Positions 28,967-38,651 of a stretch of DNA of 64,000 bases are shown piece after piece; within the stretch, counting starts at the first letter, position 1, and each line of letters starts with the position of its first letter. The notes beneath the pieces were generated by a model. It did no database searches and was not told the DNA's origin. It was given only the letters and a program-made list of their open reading frames with translations. The translations under genes were made by a program, and so were the position numbers. The stretch is from NCBI GenBank assembly GCA_044222185.1, contig JBGANV010000001.1, positions 1,728,001 to 1,792,000 on the forward strand, written 5' to 3'. The stretch is from Planctomycetota bacterium (GTDB lineage: Bacteria > Planctomycetota > GCA-002687715 > CAIWVZ01).

Positions 28967-31768
28967 TCAACGTTTCGCCCGTCGGGACGGATTTCGAACC
29001 AAGGGTCCAACTAACCCCTCATACCGCCTGAAGAGCTCCTCCATGCGTTCCCGCTCGGATGCGAATGCTCCACCTCGATAGCAGCGATCCACTGCCCGAT
29101 CGAGCTGCTGGTGCGCGTCTACGAGATCGGGGGGCATCGAAAGAGGATCGTAGATGTCAGCGAAGGTCGCCTTCCCGTGTGGCGGCAGGTAGCGCTCGCG
29201 CACTTGCAAGACCAACTGTGCCGCAGACGTAACTTTCGATCGCCGCCGATCATCCACGCGAGGCCAGGGAAAGTTGTTGTAGATGAGCGTACTCGAGTAG
29301 CGATAATCCGATTTTAGTCGCCCGCCGATGGTGCGGACCCATGCCATGTGCATGGCTGACGTCACTATCCCAAATTCCCACAAGCCAGCTTGCTCAATAA
29401 CGAACAACTCCGTGCTCGCTATGACGTTTGCATCGAGAAATCCGATCGGTATGTAGCGGCGCACCTCGGCGGATGTCTTTGGCACGGCCAGGTAGGAACC
29501 CGACGGTTGACGGATCTCGCCGAATAGACTCGGTTGCATAGCGAGGTGTTTTGTAGCTTCACGAGAGCTGCGACTCCTCACTTCGCGCACCGCCTCGACA
29601 CGTTCTAAGAGGCGAGGCATGCCACGAAGCACCGACGGATCAACGCCGACGAGCCAGAGGCACCACCGATCAAGCCCGTTGATGAACTCCACTGAACCCC
29701 GGAATGGCCTGATAAACGGAGCCGTGCCCGGCTCCTCCGCGATTAGTGCGTTCCGTTCTGCGGAACTCAGCAGGAGGTAGCCCCCATCATTGGGCATACT
29801 CCCAAATGAAATGGGCCGTTGACCACTTAGTGGACGCTGGGTGAGAGAAACGACCACATCAGAGCCCGCGATGAGATAGGGACTGATGTTGGCAACCCTC
29901 GTCGCCGTCGCCGCTCCATCAGGACCGTACTCAAATATCATCTTCGGATCATAGTTGCGAGCGCCGAAGCCAACTATCACCACATGAACGCTAGCGCCGC
30001 CACGCGCCTCGCTCTGCCACCGAAATGTACGATGGGCTATGTGGATCTTGACGCCATGCTTCCCATAGAGGGTCGACCAGAGGATTTCGACTTGCTCGCC
30101 TTGCGCAATAGAGTTCGTTGAGACAAACGCAACGCGGCAATCCGTCCCTTCTATGAACTGAGCTGCCTTTCGATACCAGCAAGTCACATAGTCAAGCGTT
30201 AGGCCTCCAGCTGTGTCGCCCCAGACTCTTTCCATATCCGAAGTCTGGCTTGCCTTACGAAACCTTTTTCCGACGAAGGGTGGATTGCCGAGCACGTAGG
30301 TGCAATCCGCGGCCGGGATGAGGTCATTCCAGTCAAAATCCAATGCGTTGCGACAAAGCACATGCGGCGACTTCTCAAGTGGAAGTCTTTTGTAGCTCTC
30401 ACCAAACGCCTCCGACACGGCGGTGTTCATCTGATGGTCCATGAGCCAAATCGCTACTTCTGCAATCCTGGCGGGCCATTCATCTATTTCGATCCCATAG
30501 AATTGGTCGACGTCAACCCACACGATCTGCCGAATGTCAAGCAGCTTCTCGTCGGGATTGTAGATTTCTTTGAGCACGTCCAATTCTAGCGAGCGCAGCT
30601 CTCTATAGGCGATGATGAGAAAGTTCCCGCAACCGCAGGCAGGATCAAGGATATTCACACTCCGGAGTTTTGCGTGAAACGCACGAAGGCGTGCGTCGCG
30701 TCCGGTCGATCGGTCGGCTTTCCTCAATTCAAATTCCGTGCGAAGCGAGTCGAGGAACAGTGAGCGTATCACCCGGAGAATGTCCCGCTCAGAGGTGTAA
30801 TGTGCGCCTGCTTGGCGACGCTCGGTGTCCAGAAGCACCCCCTGGAACAGGCTGCCAAATACAGCAGGTGACACTTTCGCCCAGACGAAGTCGGTGGCTG
30901 CCAACAATGCGGCCCGCATTGCTCGAGTGAAGACCGGAAACGAAAGACGTTCGGCAAACAAGTCGCCATTGACATAGGGGAACAAGGCGACATCGTCCGG
31001 GAGAGCAGCCTGCCGTTTTTCCGAGGGCGTATTGAGAATGTCGAAGAGGTAGTTGAGTTGCGCCCCTACGTCCGCACCATCCTCGGACGTGCGCTCCCTC
31101 AAGAATGATTGGAACGCGTTGGGCTCAAATACGCCAGTGTCTTCAGCGAACAAACAGAACAGTATCCGAACGAGCAGGCGCTCCAGGTCCGGACCCGCAA
31201 CGCCACCCCCCTTGAGGGCATCGTGGAGCTCGCACATCCGCGCATACGCCTTCTCATTTGCCGGATCTTGGGGGTCGACGCGCCGCAGAGACTCGCCCTT
31301 GATAAATGCGAAGTCCCTCACATGCTTATGGAGCTGTGATAGTGGAACTATTTTTGGAATGATCTCACTGGCACCACTTGGCTTCGGGCTATCCGACTCC
31401 AGGTCATAGAGCGCGATTCTCTGAAAGTCGGATACAATGATAAATCGTGGGACCGCGTCATCCCGGCCCTCTCGTATGAGGTCCGCAATGTAGGAGAAGG
31501 CCTGAGACTCTGCTCGATCCAGGCTCTCACCTCGGCTCTTGTGTTCGACCAGCAGTGTCCCGCTCCAAAGCAGGTCTATTCGATTATACCGCTTACGAAT
31601 GTTCTTAACCGCTACTTGGAACGTCGCCAGATGACGACGGTTCCTTCCAAAAACCTGGAAGAACTCGTTCCAGAATGTCTGGCTCTCACCAGCTTCGCTA
31701 GCAACGTCTTCGAATGCTCGCGCAAATCTCATTGCGCGGTCGCGAACTTCATTCCAACTAAGGCTCAT
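28967..31768 (-). CDS. MmeI-like type IIL restriction-modification enzyme (fused endonuclease, N6-adenine methyltransferase and TRD)
   Basis: N-terminal ESQTFWNEFF and IDLLW...LVEHKS nuclease motif; GAHYTS, LDPACGCGNF, GNPPF; GRLKSDYRYS...YNNFPWP; visibly lower GC than flanks. Confidence 0.92.
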   Translation of the reverse strand: MSLSWNEVRDRAMRFARAFEDVASEAGESQTFWNEFFQVFGRNRRHLATFQVAVKNIRKRYNRIDLLWSGTLLVEHKSRGESLDRAESQAFSYIADLIREGRDDAVPRFIIVSDFQRIALYDLESDSPKPSGASEIIPKIVPLSQLHKHVRDFAFIKGESLRRVDPQDPANEKAYARMCELHDALKGGGVAGPDLERLLVRILFCLFAEDTGVFEPNAFQSFLRERTSEDGADVGAQLNYLFDILNTPSEKRQAALPDDVALFPYVNGDLFAERLSFPVFTRAMRAALLAATDFVWAKVSPAVFGSLFQGVLLDTERRQAGAHYTSERDILRVIRSLFLDSLRTEFELRKADRSTGRDARLRAFHAKLRSVNILDPACGCGNFLIIAYRELRSLELDVLKEIYNPDEKLLDIRQIVWVDVDQFYGIEIDEWPARIAEVAIWLMDHQMNTAVSEAFGESYKRLPLEKSPHVLCRNALDFDWNDLIPAADCTYVLGNPPFVGKRFRKASQTSDMERVWGDTAGGLTLDYVTCWYRKAAQFIEGTDCRVAFVSTNSIAQGEQVEILWSTLYGKHGVKIHIAHRTFRWQSEARGGASVHVVIVGFGARNYDPKMIFEYGPDGAATATRVANISPYLIAGSDVVVSLTQRPLSGQRPISFGSMPNDGGYLLLSSAERNALIAEEPGTAPFIRPFRGSVEFINGLDRWCLWLVGVDPSVLRGMPRLLERVEAVREVRSRSSREATKHLAMQPSLFGEIRQPSGSYLAVPKTSAEVRRYIPIGFLDANVIASTELFVIEQAGLWEFGIVTSAMHMAWVRTIGGRLKSDYRYSSTLIYNNFPWPRVDDRRRSKVTSAAQLVLQVRERYLPPHGKATFADIYDPLSMPPDLVDAHQQLDRAVDRCYRGGAFASERERMEELFRRYEGLVGPLVRNPSRRAKR

Positions 31769-32126
31769 CGGTTATCGATGGATCGAACTTGCGCAACGCT
31801 GCCGGGGCCAACCATTGAGCCGCGAACGCCTTTATCGCCGTCGAGCACGACAGCCGTCTTCGCGATCATGCGTTTCCGCATCTCTGACTCCAGTTGGCCG
31901 CACGACCACCGTCGTGGAAGCGAGATTCCATCGAGTGACGGTACCACGGGCCCGACGGGCTTCGAGACTGCGAACCGTGGAAGATCGCTGCGGTTCGCCA
32001 CGCGCTGCGGATCGCGTACCTTTCGTCGTCGAGCACGGGCCCGGCCTGATCACCGGCTCCGGGGCGCGTCTCCCGGCGCGCCCACGCTCGGCTACATCCC
32101 GGGAGCCGTCGAACCGGGAGACGGCC

Positions 32127-33017
32127 ATGTCGGAGGAAGAGGACCGCGTCGAGAGGCTTCGCGCGAAGATGAAGGCTTGGGTCGAGGAACACGCGCTGCG
32201 ACGAGTCTTCGGTGAGAGCTTCCAGTCGCTTCCTCCAGAGTCTCGCGCCCTCTTTGAGGGCCTCCTGAACGACTTTCGAAGCATCGTCACCGCGCGGCGT
32301 ACCGCCATCGAGACCCTGCTCGATCGTTGGCGCAAGATGCCTGAGGAGAGTTACCGCGGCGATCTCGGGCTTGAGTCGTTCTGCACGTCCGTCCGCATGA
32401 TCCGCGACGAAGCCGACTGGTACTCGCGCCTAAAGTGGATACCAGACTGCGACGAGTATTGGTCGTACTCCGGGAGCCTGATGCACCTTTGGGCTGGGAC
32501 TGTTCACGTCGCGCGCTTCCTCGGATTGACCGACACACCGTTTGCGAAGGCCAACACGCTGGAACGGATGCGATTCGATCCACGCGTGCCGGGAACCATC
32601 CACGACATGCTTGCCAACGATCTGGCGATAAGGCGGTGGTTTGACGGAATCGAGGAGTATCTCCCGAAGCTCCGCTCGGGGCTCGGCAAGGCACGGGTCA
32701 TCACCATCTCAAAGTTCATCGCTGGAGTCCAATCCCTCATCTCGAAGCTTGAGCGCGCCCAATTTGCCCGGGGTTTTCGGAGGGCAGCGAAACTGGAGGC
32801 ACCGAGGTATGCAGCGCCAGCTGGATGCGGTGCACACTCCAGGTACCTACTCGACCGATTGATCGAGCTTTCGAAGCGTCAGAATCTGGACGTGCCTGCA
32901 TTCGTCGTGGGCAAGTTGATCGAACTCGCGGAGGCGGACGTGCCACCGGCGTGGCCGAAGGCCCGCGGCACGACGAAAGGCACGAGCAAGCGGTCCAAGA
33001 AGCGGTCGAAGCGGTAG
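32127..33017 (+). CDS. Hypothetical element protein with basic tail
   Basis: GGGAG RBS; helical, protein-like composition; no family recognised. Confidence 0.65.
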   Translation: MSEEEDRVERLRAKMKAWVEEHALRRVFGESFQSLPPESRALFEGLLNDFRSIVTARRTAIETLLDRWRKMPEESYRGDLGLESFCTSVRMIRDEADWYSRLKWIPDCDEYWSYSGSLMHLWAGTVHVARFLGLTDTPFAKANTLERMRFDPRVPGTIHDMLANDLAIRRWFDGIEEYLPKLRSGLGKARVITISKFIAGVQSLISKLERAQFARGFRRAAKLEAPRYAAPAGCGAHSRYLLDRLIELSKRQNLDVPAFVVGKLIELAEADVPPAWPKARGTTKGTSKRSKKRSKR

Positions 33018-33061
33018 GCGTTCGCTTCCGCGCTCCCTGGTTCTCATGCCAGGTTGCGCGC

Positions 33062-33259
33062 ATGAAACGCACCGATCCGCTCGACGGCTTCATGACTCCG
33101 GAAGCCTTTGCCAAAGCCGTAGGAGTTCCGACCTCGAACGTTCGCCGTTGGATATGCAATGGAGAGCTGCCCGCCCTCAAAGTCGGTCGGCTGCTCGTGA
33201 TCCCGGAGAACGCGCTTCAGCTCGCGCTTGAGGACGCTCGGCGTCCAGGAGGGCGATGA
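33062..33259 (+). CDS. Excisionase-like HTH_17 DNA-binding protein
   Basis: MTPEAFAKAVGVPTSNVRRWICNGELPALKVGRLLVIP. Confidence 0.85.
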   Translation: MKRTDPLDGFMTPEAFAKAVGVPTSNVRRWICNGELPALKVGRLLVIPENALQLALEDARRPGGR

Positions 33260-33594
33260 TGACCGCCCCGCTCGTCTCACTCCTGGGCCCCGAGGACATC
33301 CGCGCCATCTGCCGTGAGCAGGCAGACGCAGAACGCCCCCTCCTTGCGAGAGCCGTCGTCGATTTGCTCCGCGCCGAGTTGGATCGCGATGAAGACGACG
33401 ATCCGCCGCCCGGCGATGCGGGTCTGATCCCAATCCGCGAGGTCGCGCGGCGGACCGGACTCCATCCTCGGTCGATCCGGAGGGCGATCTTGTCGGACGA
33501 CTTCCCTCCGGGGATCCCGCTCGGCCGCAACGGTCGCGGGCTGCGGTGGCGCCCCTCGGACGTCGCCGCCTTCATCGCGAGTCGGCAGCCATGA
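33256..33594 (+). CDS. AlpA-family transcriptional regulator/RDF
   Basis: LIPIREVARRTGLHPRSIRRAILSDDFPPGIPLG...LRWRPSDVAAFI; ATGA overlaps. Confidence 0.8.
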   Translation: MMTAPLVSLLGPEDIRAICREQADAERPLLARAVVDLLRAELDRDEDDDPPPGDAGLIPIREVARRTGLHPRSIRRAILSDDFPPGIPLGRNGRGLRWRPSDVAAFIASRQP

Positions 33595-34502
33595 TCGCCT
33601 TCGCTGACCGAGTCGCGGAGCTGGCGCTTTCCGGCGCAGACGTCCTGAGCCTTCATGCGGTCGAGGCGCACCGAGCAGGCCCGAACCACGCCCTGATCCT
33701 GTGCCCCATCCACGACGAGTCTCGGCCGTCTTGCTCCGTCCGGTTGGCGACCGGGCAGGCGCGATGCCACGCATGCGGGTTTCGCGCGAGGGACGTCGTC
33801 TCCCTTCACCGAGCCCTTGGAAGATTCGCGTCGATGGGAGATGCGCTGCGCGACCTCCGCGCCCGCTCCGGCGCCTCGATACCTCGGCTCCAGCTTCGCC
33901 CCTCCGTGTATTCATCAGCGCGCTCGCCCGGCGCGCCGATCGGACAGCCCGAGATCGTGAAGACATGGAGGTACGACCGGGCTGACGGGTCCATCGCGTT
34001 CGAGGTGCGGCGGATCCAGTTCCGCCTCTCGGACGGGACGTGGGAGATCGATCCCGGCAAGGGCAAGCTCCGGAAGTCTTACCGGCCGTTTGATCCGGTC
34101 GCGAGAACGCTCGGAATGCCCCCCGGGTTCGATCGACCCGGCTCCCGGCCGCTGTTCGGACTGTCTGCAATCTTCTCCGCCGATCCAGCGATCGAGATCA
34201 TCATCACCGAGGGGGAGCCGGCAGCGGATGCCGTGGCATCGATGGGGAGCATGGCCACGACGTCGAGCGGGGGCGCCGCATCGCCCGACCGGACAGATTG
34301 GTCGCCGCTCGCGGGTCGCGACGTCCTGGTCTGGCCCGACAACGACGAGGCTGGCCAGCGGTACGCGCGGTCTGTTACCGCCCTGCTCGGCGCACTCTCC
34401 CCCGCGCCTCGCGTCCGATGGGTCGACGTGGCGCAACTCGGATTGCCGGTGGGCGGGGATGCGGTTGATTGGGTCGCCCGCCAGAAGCGGAGCGCACCGT
34501 GA
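33591..34502 (+). CDS. DNA primase (CHC2 zinc finger plus TOPRIM)
   Basis: CPIHDESRPS...CHACG; IITEGEPAADA; WPDNDEAG; GGDAVDW. Confidence 0.85.
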   Translation: MIAFADRVAELALSGADVLSLHAVEAHRAGPNHALILCPIHDESRPSCSVRLATGQARCHACGFRARDVVSLHRALGRFASMGDALRDLRARSGASIPRLQLRPSVYSSARSPGAPIGQPEIVKTWRYDRADGSIAFEVRRIQFRLSDGTWEIDPGKGKLRKSYRPFDPVARTLGMPPGFDRPGSRPLFGLSAIFSADPAIEIIITEGEPAADAVASMGSMATTSSGGAASPDRTDWSPLAGRDVLVWPDNDEAGQRYARSVTALLGALSPAPRVRWVDVAQLGLPVGGDAVDWVARQKRSAP

Positions 34503-36121
34503 GCGACGAGCGACCTTCGATCGCTTTCAACGCTTCTATCGCGGGCGCACTCCCAACGTGCGAGCCGCCATCGGTCGCGGGCGCGGAGTCCGAAGATCGT
34601 CTCGACCTTCCTGCGCGGCCGGCTCCGTTGGGATCGGCGGCGCTTCACGGTCTCGTCGGGGACGTCGTCCGCATGATCGAGCCGCACTCCGAATCAGACC
34701 CGGCGGCGATCCTGTTCCAGTTCCTCGCGGCCTTTGGAAACGTGGTCGGCCGACGGCCCCACCGTCAAGTCGAGGCCGCGCGCCACACCGCCAACGTCTA
34801 CGTCGTCCTCGTGGGCAGCACGTCGAAGGGCCGGAAGGGAACGGCGTGGGGCCGCGTGCTCCAGCTCTTCGAGACGGTCAACGAATCGTGGATCGAGAAT
34901 GCCGTCGTGGACGGTCTGGGAAGCGGCGAGGGATTGATCGCAGCCGTCCGCGACCCCAGGGAAAAGAAGGAAGCGGTTCGGGTCGATGGCAAGGTCGTCG
35001 ACTACCAGTCCGTGATCGAGGACCACGGAGTCAGCGACAAGCGGCGCATCGTCGCGGCCACGGAGTTCTCGTCGGTGCTGAGAGTCGCGACGCGTGAAGG
35101 GAACACTCTCTCCGCAGTCCTGCGGAACGCTTGGGATACCGGCGACCTGCGAATCCTCATCAAGAACAACCCGATGATCGCCAGCGACGCGCACATAAGC
35201 GTCGTCGGACACATCACACGGCAGGAGCTTCTATCGCAGCTCAAGGACGTCGAGGCCGCGAACGGTTTCGGAAACAGGTTTCTCTGGGTGTGGTGCCGGC
35301 GCTCGAAGGAGCTTCCCAATGGAGGGTCGATCGACGAGTCGCTGTTCCGAGAGACGACCGCCCGAATCCGAGATGCCGTCGATGCCGCTCGGGAGACAGG
35401 CGCCCTCGATTGGACGCCCGACGCCTCGCGACGGTGGTGCGAGTGCTACAGCGCCCTCTCGGCGGAGAGACCCGGGCTCCTCGGCGCGATCCTGGCGCGC
35501 TCGGAGGCTCAGGTGGTCCGCCTTGCGTTGATCTACGCGCTCCTCGATCGCTCCCAGGTCATCGGAATCGAGCACCTCGAAGCCGCGTTCGCCGTCTGGA
35601 AGTACGCGGAGAGTTCGGCGCGTTACATCTTCGGGGACAAGCTCGGGAACGCTGCCGCCGACAAGATCCTCGCGGCCCTTCGCGGCCGGCCCGAGGGCAT
35701 GACGCGAACGGAGATCAACGCTCTATTCCAGAACCATCGGGCGGGCGACGTCAGGGAAGCGCTGCGGATCCTCGTCGAGTCGAATCTTGTGGAGGCGAAG
35801 GACGTCCCGACGGGCGGGCGGCCAGCCCAACGGTGGTTCGCACTCGGTACCCCTGCGATAGAAGCTACGAAAGCTATCGAAGGGAGGGATCTTTCATCGC
35901 TTCCGTCGCTTTCATCGCAAGCGCGTGCCATGCAACCGGCCGTCGAGCTGGCGAACGGCGAGTACGAAAGCACGCGATCGGGAGCGGAGCGGCCAGCGGA
36001 ACATGACGGCGTTCTCTCGTGCGAGCGGCTTCGGGAGGAAGCGGACGAGCGAGCCGCGATCCAGGCCGCGGATGGTTGCCTCAAGGCCACGTCCGACGCG
36101 TTCGAGGGCGGGCCGTGGTGA
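34499..36121 (+). CDS. DUF3987 (YfjI-like) replicative P-loop ATPase/helicase with C-terminal winged helix
   Basis: GTGA overlap with primase; LVGSTSKGRKGT Walker A-like motif; GSGEGLI, LRNAWD, NGFGNRFL. Confidence 0.8.
   Translation: MSDERPSIAFNASIAGALPTCEPPSVAGAESEDRLDLPARPAPLGSAALHGLVGDVVRMIEPHSESDPAAILFQFLAAFGNVVGRRPHRQVEAARHTANVYVVLVGSTSKGRKGTAWGRVLQLFETVNESWIENAVVDGLGSGEGLIAAVRDPREKKEAVRVDGKVVDYQSVIEDHGVSDKRRIVAATEFSSVLRVATREGNTLSAVLRNAWDTGDLRILIKNNPMIASDAHISVVGHITRQELLSQLKDVEAANGFGNRFLWVWCRRSKELPNGGSIDESLFRETTARIRDAVDAARETGALDWTPDASRRWCECYSALSAERPGLLGAILARSEAQVVRLALIYALLDRSQVIGIEHLEAAFAVWKYAESSARYIFGDKLGNAAADKILAALRGRPEGMTRTEINALFQNHRAGDVREALRILVESNLVEAKDVPTGGRPAQRWFALGTPAIEATKAIEGRDLSSLPSLSSQARAMQPAVELANGEYESTRSGAERPAEHDGVLSCERLREEADERAAIQAADGCLKATSDAFEGGPW
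35854..35919. repeat. Iteron-like 9-bp repeats, three direct plus three inverted; candidate origin
   Basis: CGATAGAAG CTACGAAAG CTATCGAAG - 8 nt - CTTTCATCG CTTCCGTCG CTTTCATCG. Confidence 0.6.
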
Positions 36122-36318
36122 ACCGCGATCCTCGTCGAATGACGCTCGGGCTACCTTGGCGCGCTTTGCAGCGGCACTCGCTCACCGTTCGATTGCTTCG
36201 GGAGCGGTCTCGCACCACGAGGCTCGACGCAGATTCGATTCTTGCGTCGGTTCGCGTCGCTCGCAGTCAGATCGTGGGAAGCAACACGTGACGCTCTCGC
36301 AGATGAAAAGGAGGACAA

Positions 36319-36828
36319 ATGGACAGTGCACTTCCCCAAGTTTCGATCGAAAAACGTGACGATGGAGGCGAAAACGGCTCCGATTCCGTCCGATTGAGTC
36401 CGAAACAAGTCGCCGTTCTGGCGGCGATTCTCGCCGGTGCGTCCCTGGCGGGAGCGGCGAAGGCGGCGAGCCTGCATCCCGAAACTGTCCGAAGATGGCG
36501 GCGCGAGGATGGCCCGTTCCGCGACGCCCTGGCCGCTGGCATCCGTGCAATCCACGTCCACGTCAACGCTCGCATCGTGGGACTCGTCGATCGCGCGCTC
36601 GATTCCCTCGTGGACGTCCTGGAGGAAGCGCCGGACAGCCGGAGCCGCGTCCTCGCGGCGCAGACGATCCTGCAACTGGCCGGAGATCGACTCCGTCCTC
36701 GTGACGCAGACGTCCAGCACGCGTACTTGCAGAATCCGAAGGTCGAGCCGCTCATGGCGTTCGACGTCAACGCGGCGCGGGAACACTGGCTGATCCCGGC
36801 GGAGGAAGAGGGCGAGGCTGGGAAATGA
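36319..36828 (+). CDS. HTH protein resembling terminase small subunit-like proteins of satellites
   Basis: LSPKQVAVLAAILAGASLAGAAKAASLHPETVRRWRREDGPF; SRVLAAQTIL; AGGAGG RBS. Confidence 0.6.
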   Translation: MDSALPQVSIEKRDDGGENGSDSVRLSPKQVAVLAAILAGASLAGAAKAASLHPETVRRWRREDGPFRDALAAGIRAIHVHVNARIVGLVDRALDSLVDVLEEAPDSRSRVLAAQTILQLAGDRLRPRDADVQHAYLQNPKVEPLMAFDVNAAREHWLIPAEEEGEAGK

Positions 36829-36873
36829 CGCGGTTTACTTACCTCCGTCTTCGCCTCGATCTTCCCTGGCGTC

Positions 36874-36948
36874 GTGTCTGCTTCTGTCACGAGACACTTG
36901 ACGTGGCGTCGCTCCGCGCTCTACATTCGGTGAGTCAGGAGCAGACAC
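36874..36948 (+). promoter_or_regulatory. Sigma70-type promoter of the serine recombinase bracketed by an inverted repeat (candidate res/operator site)
   Basis: TTGACG (36898)-N18-TACATT (36922); GTGTCTGCTTCTG (36874-36886) versus CAGGAGCAGACAC (36936-36948), 12/13 complementary. Confidence 0.6.
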
Positions 36949-37668
36949 ATGGCGACACGAGCAGTCGGCTACGTCAGAGTCAGCACGGAAGAGCAGGCGT
37001 CCGAGGGAGTCTCGCTCGCGGCACAACGGGACAGAATTACCCTCTACGCGAAGCTCAACGAACTCGACCTCGTCGCGATCGAGTCCGACGAGGGGCTGTC
37101 CGGGAAGCGAGCCGACAACCGTCCAGGGCTACAGGCGGCACTACGACGGCTCAGGATCGGCGACGCGACGGCGCTCGTCGTCGTGAAGCTGGACAGGTTG
37201 AGCCGCTCGACGCGGGACGTCCTGGACCTCGCGGACGGGTCGGGGCGGGAGGGCTGGAGCCTGCACTCCATCTCCGAGAAGCTCGACACCTCCACGGCAT
37301 CGGGGCGCTTCGTGCTGACGATCATGGCAGCGCTGGCGCAGATGGAGCGCGAGCAGATCGGCGAAAGGACATCGGCCGCGATGTCCCACATGAAGGCTCA
37401 GAGGCTCCGCGTCGGCTCCGTGCCGTTCGGATTCGACCTCGATGGAGATGGCCGGACCTTGCGGCCGAACGCCGTGGAGCTGGCGACGATCGACAAGATG
37501 CGGGCCATGCGGCAGACTGGCACGACGCTCCGCGAGATTGCAGCACGGCTCAATGCAGACGGCGTGCGACCGAAGCGAGCCGCGAGATGGTCGCCGGAGA
37601 CCATCCGGGCCTTGATCGCCTCGACGCACACGACGAACACGGTTTGTCAGGAGGGGACCCCTTGCTGA
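36949..37668 (+). CDS. Serine recombinase (resolvase/invertase family)
   Basis: GYVRVSTEEQ catalytic Ser motif; VVKLDRLSRS; DTSTASGRF; LAQMERE. Confidence 0.92.
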   Translation: MATRAVGYVRVSTEEQASEGVSLAAQRDRITLYAKLNELDLVAIESDEGLSGKRADNRPGLQAALRRLRIGDATALVVVKLDRLSRSTRDVLDLADGSGREGWSLHSISEKLDTSTASGRFVLTIMAALAQMEREQIGERTSAAMSHMKAQRLRVGSVPFGFDLDGDGRTLRPNAVELATIDKMRAMRQTGTTLREIAARLNADGVRPKRAARWSPETIRALIASTHTTNTVCQEGTPC

Positions 37669-37684
37669 CAGGAATGGGCAAGAA

Positions 37685-38062
37685 GTGGCGGCAGAATGGA
37701 TCCCGATCGCTGCGGCAGCACGAACACTCCGCGTTGGACGCTCGACGGTCGCGACGTGGCTGTCTTCACTTCCTCAGGCCGACGTGCGGAGAGATGGCGT
37801 GCGATGGTTCCTCCGTGCGAGCCTCGTGGACCGGCTCAGGAAGGACCAGGACGCGAGGCGGGCTGTCGCGGAGAAGAGCTACAGCGTTCGGAACCGTGAG
37901 CTGGCGAGCCTGCGAATCGAAGTGGACGAGCTGCGACGTGCCGTCGAATGGCTGGGCTCACGAGCTGGCGGGTTCCCGCAGGACGTCGCTCCGAAGCATC
38001 GCGCTGCCCCGCCCACGGGGGTACGGCTTCGGGGGGGCCGCCCCCGTCGTGCCCGCGGGTGA
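37685..38062 (+). CDS. HTH plus coiled-coil hypothetical protein
   Basis: WIPIAAAARTLRVGRSTVATWL; ELASLRIEVDELRRAVE. Confidence 0.55.
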   Translation: MAAEWIPIAAAARTLRVGRSTVATWLSSLPQADVRRDGVRWFLRASLVDRLRKDQDARRAVAEKSYSVRNRELASLRIEVDELRRAVEWLGSRAGGFPQDVAPKHRAAPPTGVRLRGGRPRRARG

Positions 38063-38198
38063 GGGTACTTACCTGCTCATCTTCGTCGACACCGTGTTCG
38101 AGATGCCCCCAGGGTATACCCCCGAAGGGGGGACCGGCCCGCTCGCCAGTCCGCTGGAGACTAGTCACCTTGTCTCTGCGCCCTCGCTTCGCGCCATC

Positions 38199-38651
38199 TC
38201 ACACGTCGCCGAGGCCGAGGGTCCAGCCGCCAAGACGAAGCGACGGGGGGTTGTTGCCGAACGTCGAGCAAATGATGGTCAACGTGCTACCCGGCCTGAC
38301 GAGGATAGGTGGATCGAACTCGGTGCCGTCGAACCGCGCGACGGGCACGCCGTCGACGATGATCTGGCCGCTGCTACCTGCGAAGTTCACAGCCTGCGAG
38401 ATCGCGATGCCGGACGTTGGGGGAAACGGGAGCGTGATTTCGAACGCGGATTGCCCCGGGATCGGCGAAAACGCAGTCGACGGGAGCGCTACCTGAAACG
38501 ATCGATTCAGCGGCAGGTCCGCGAGCTTGATCGAGCCGACCTGTTGTCGATTAGGTGGCGCGGCTGCGGCGGCGTGGCCCGACCAGTACGCGAACGACGT
38601 CAACGCAAACAGCACGTTCGCGGCACCCACACCAGCAAGAAAGCCTTTCAT
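38199..38651 (-). CDS. Small exported protein, paralog of 27752-28261
   Basis: AAGGAG RBS; MKGFLAGVGAANVLFALTSFAYWSG; divergent from the integrase. Confidence 0.75.
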   Translation of the reverse strand: MKGFLAGVGAANVLFALTSFAYWSGHAAAAAPPNRQQVGSIKLADLPLNRSFQVALPSTAFSPIPGQSAFEITLPFPPTSGIAISQAVNFAGSSGQIIVDGVPVARFDGTEFDPPILVRPGSTLTIICSTFGNNPPSLRLGGWTLGLGDV

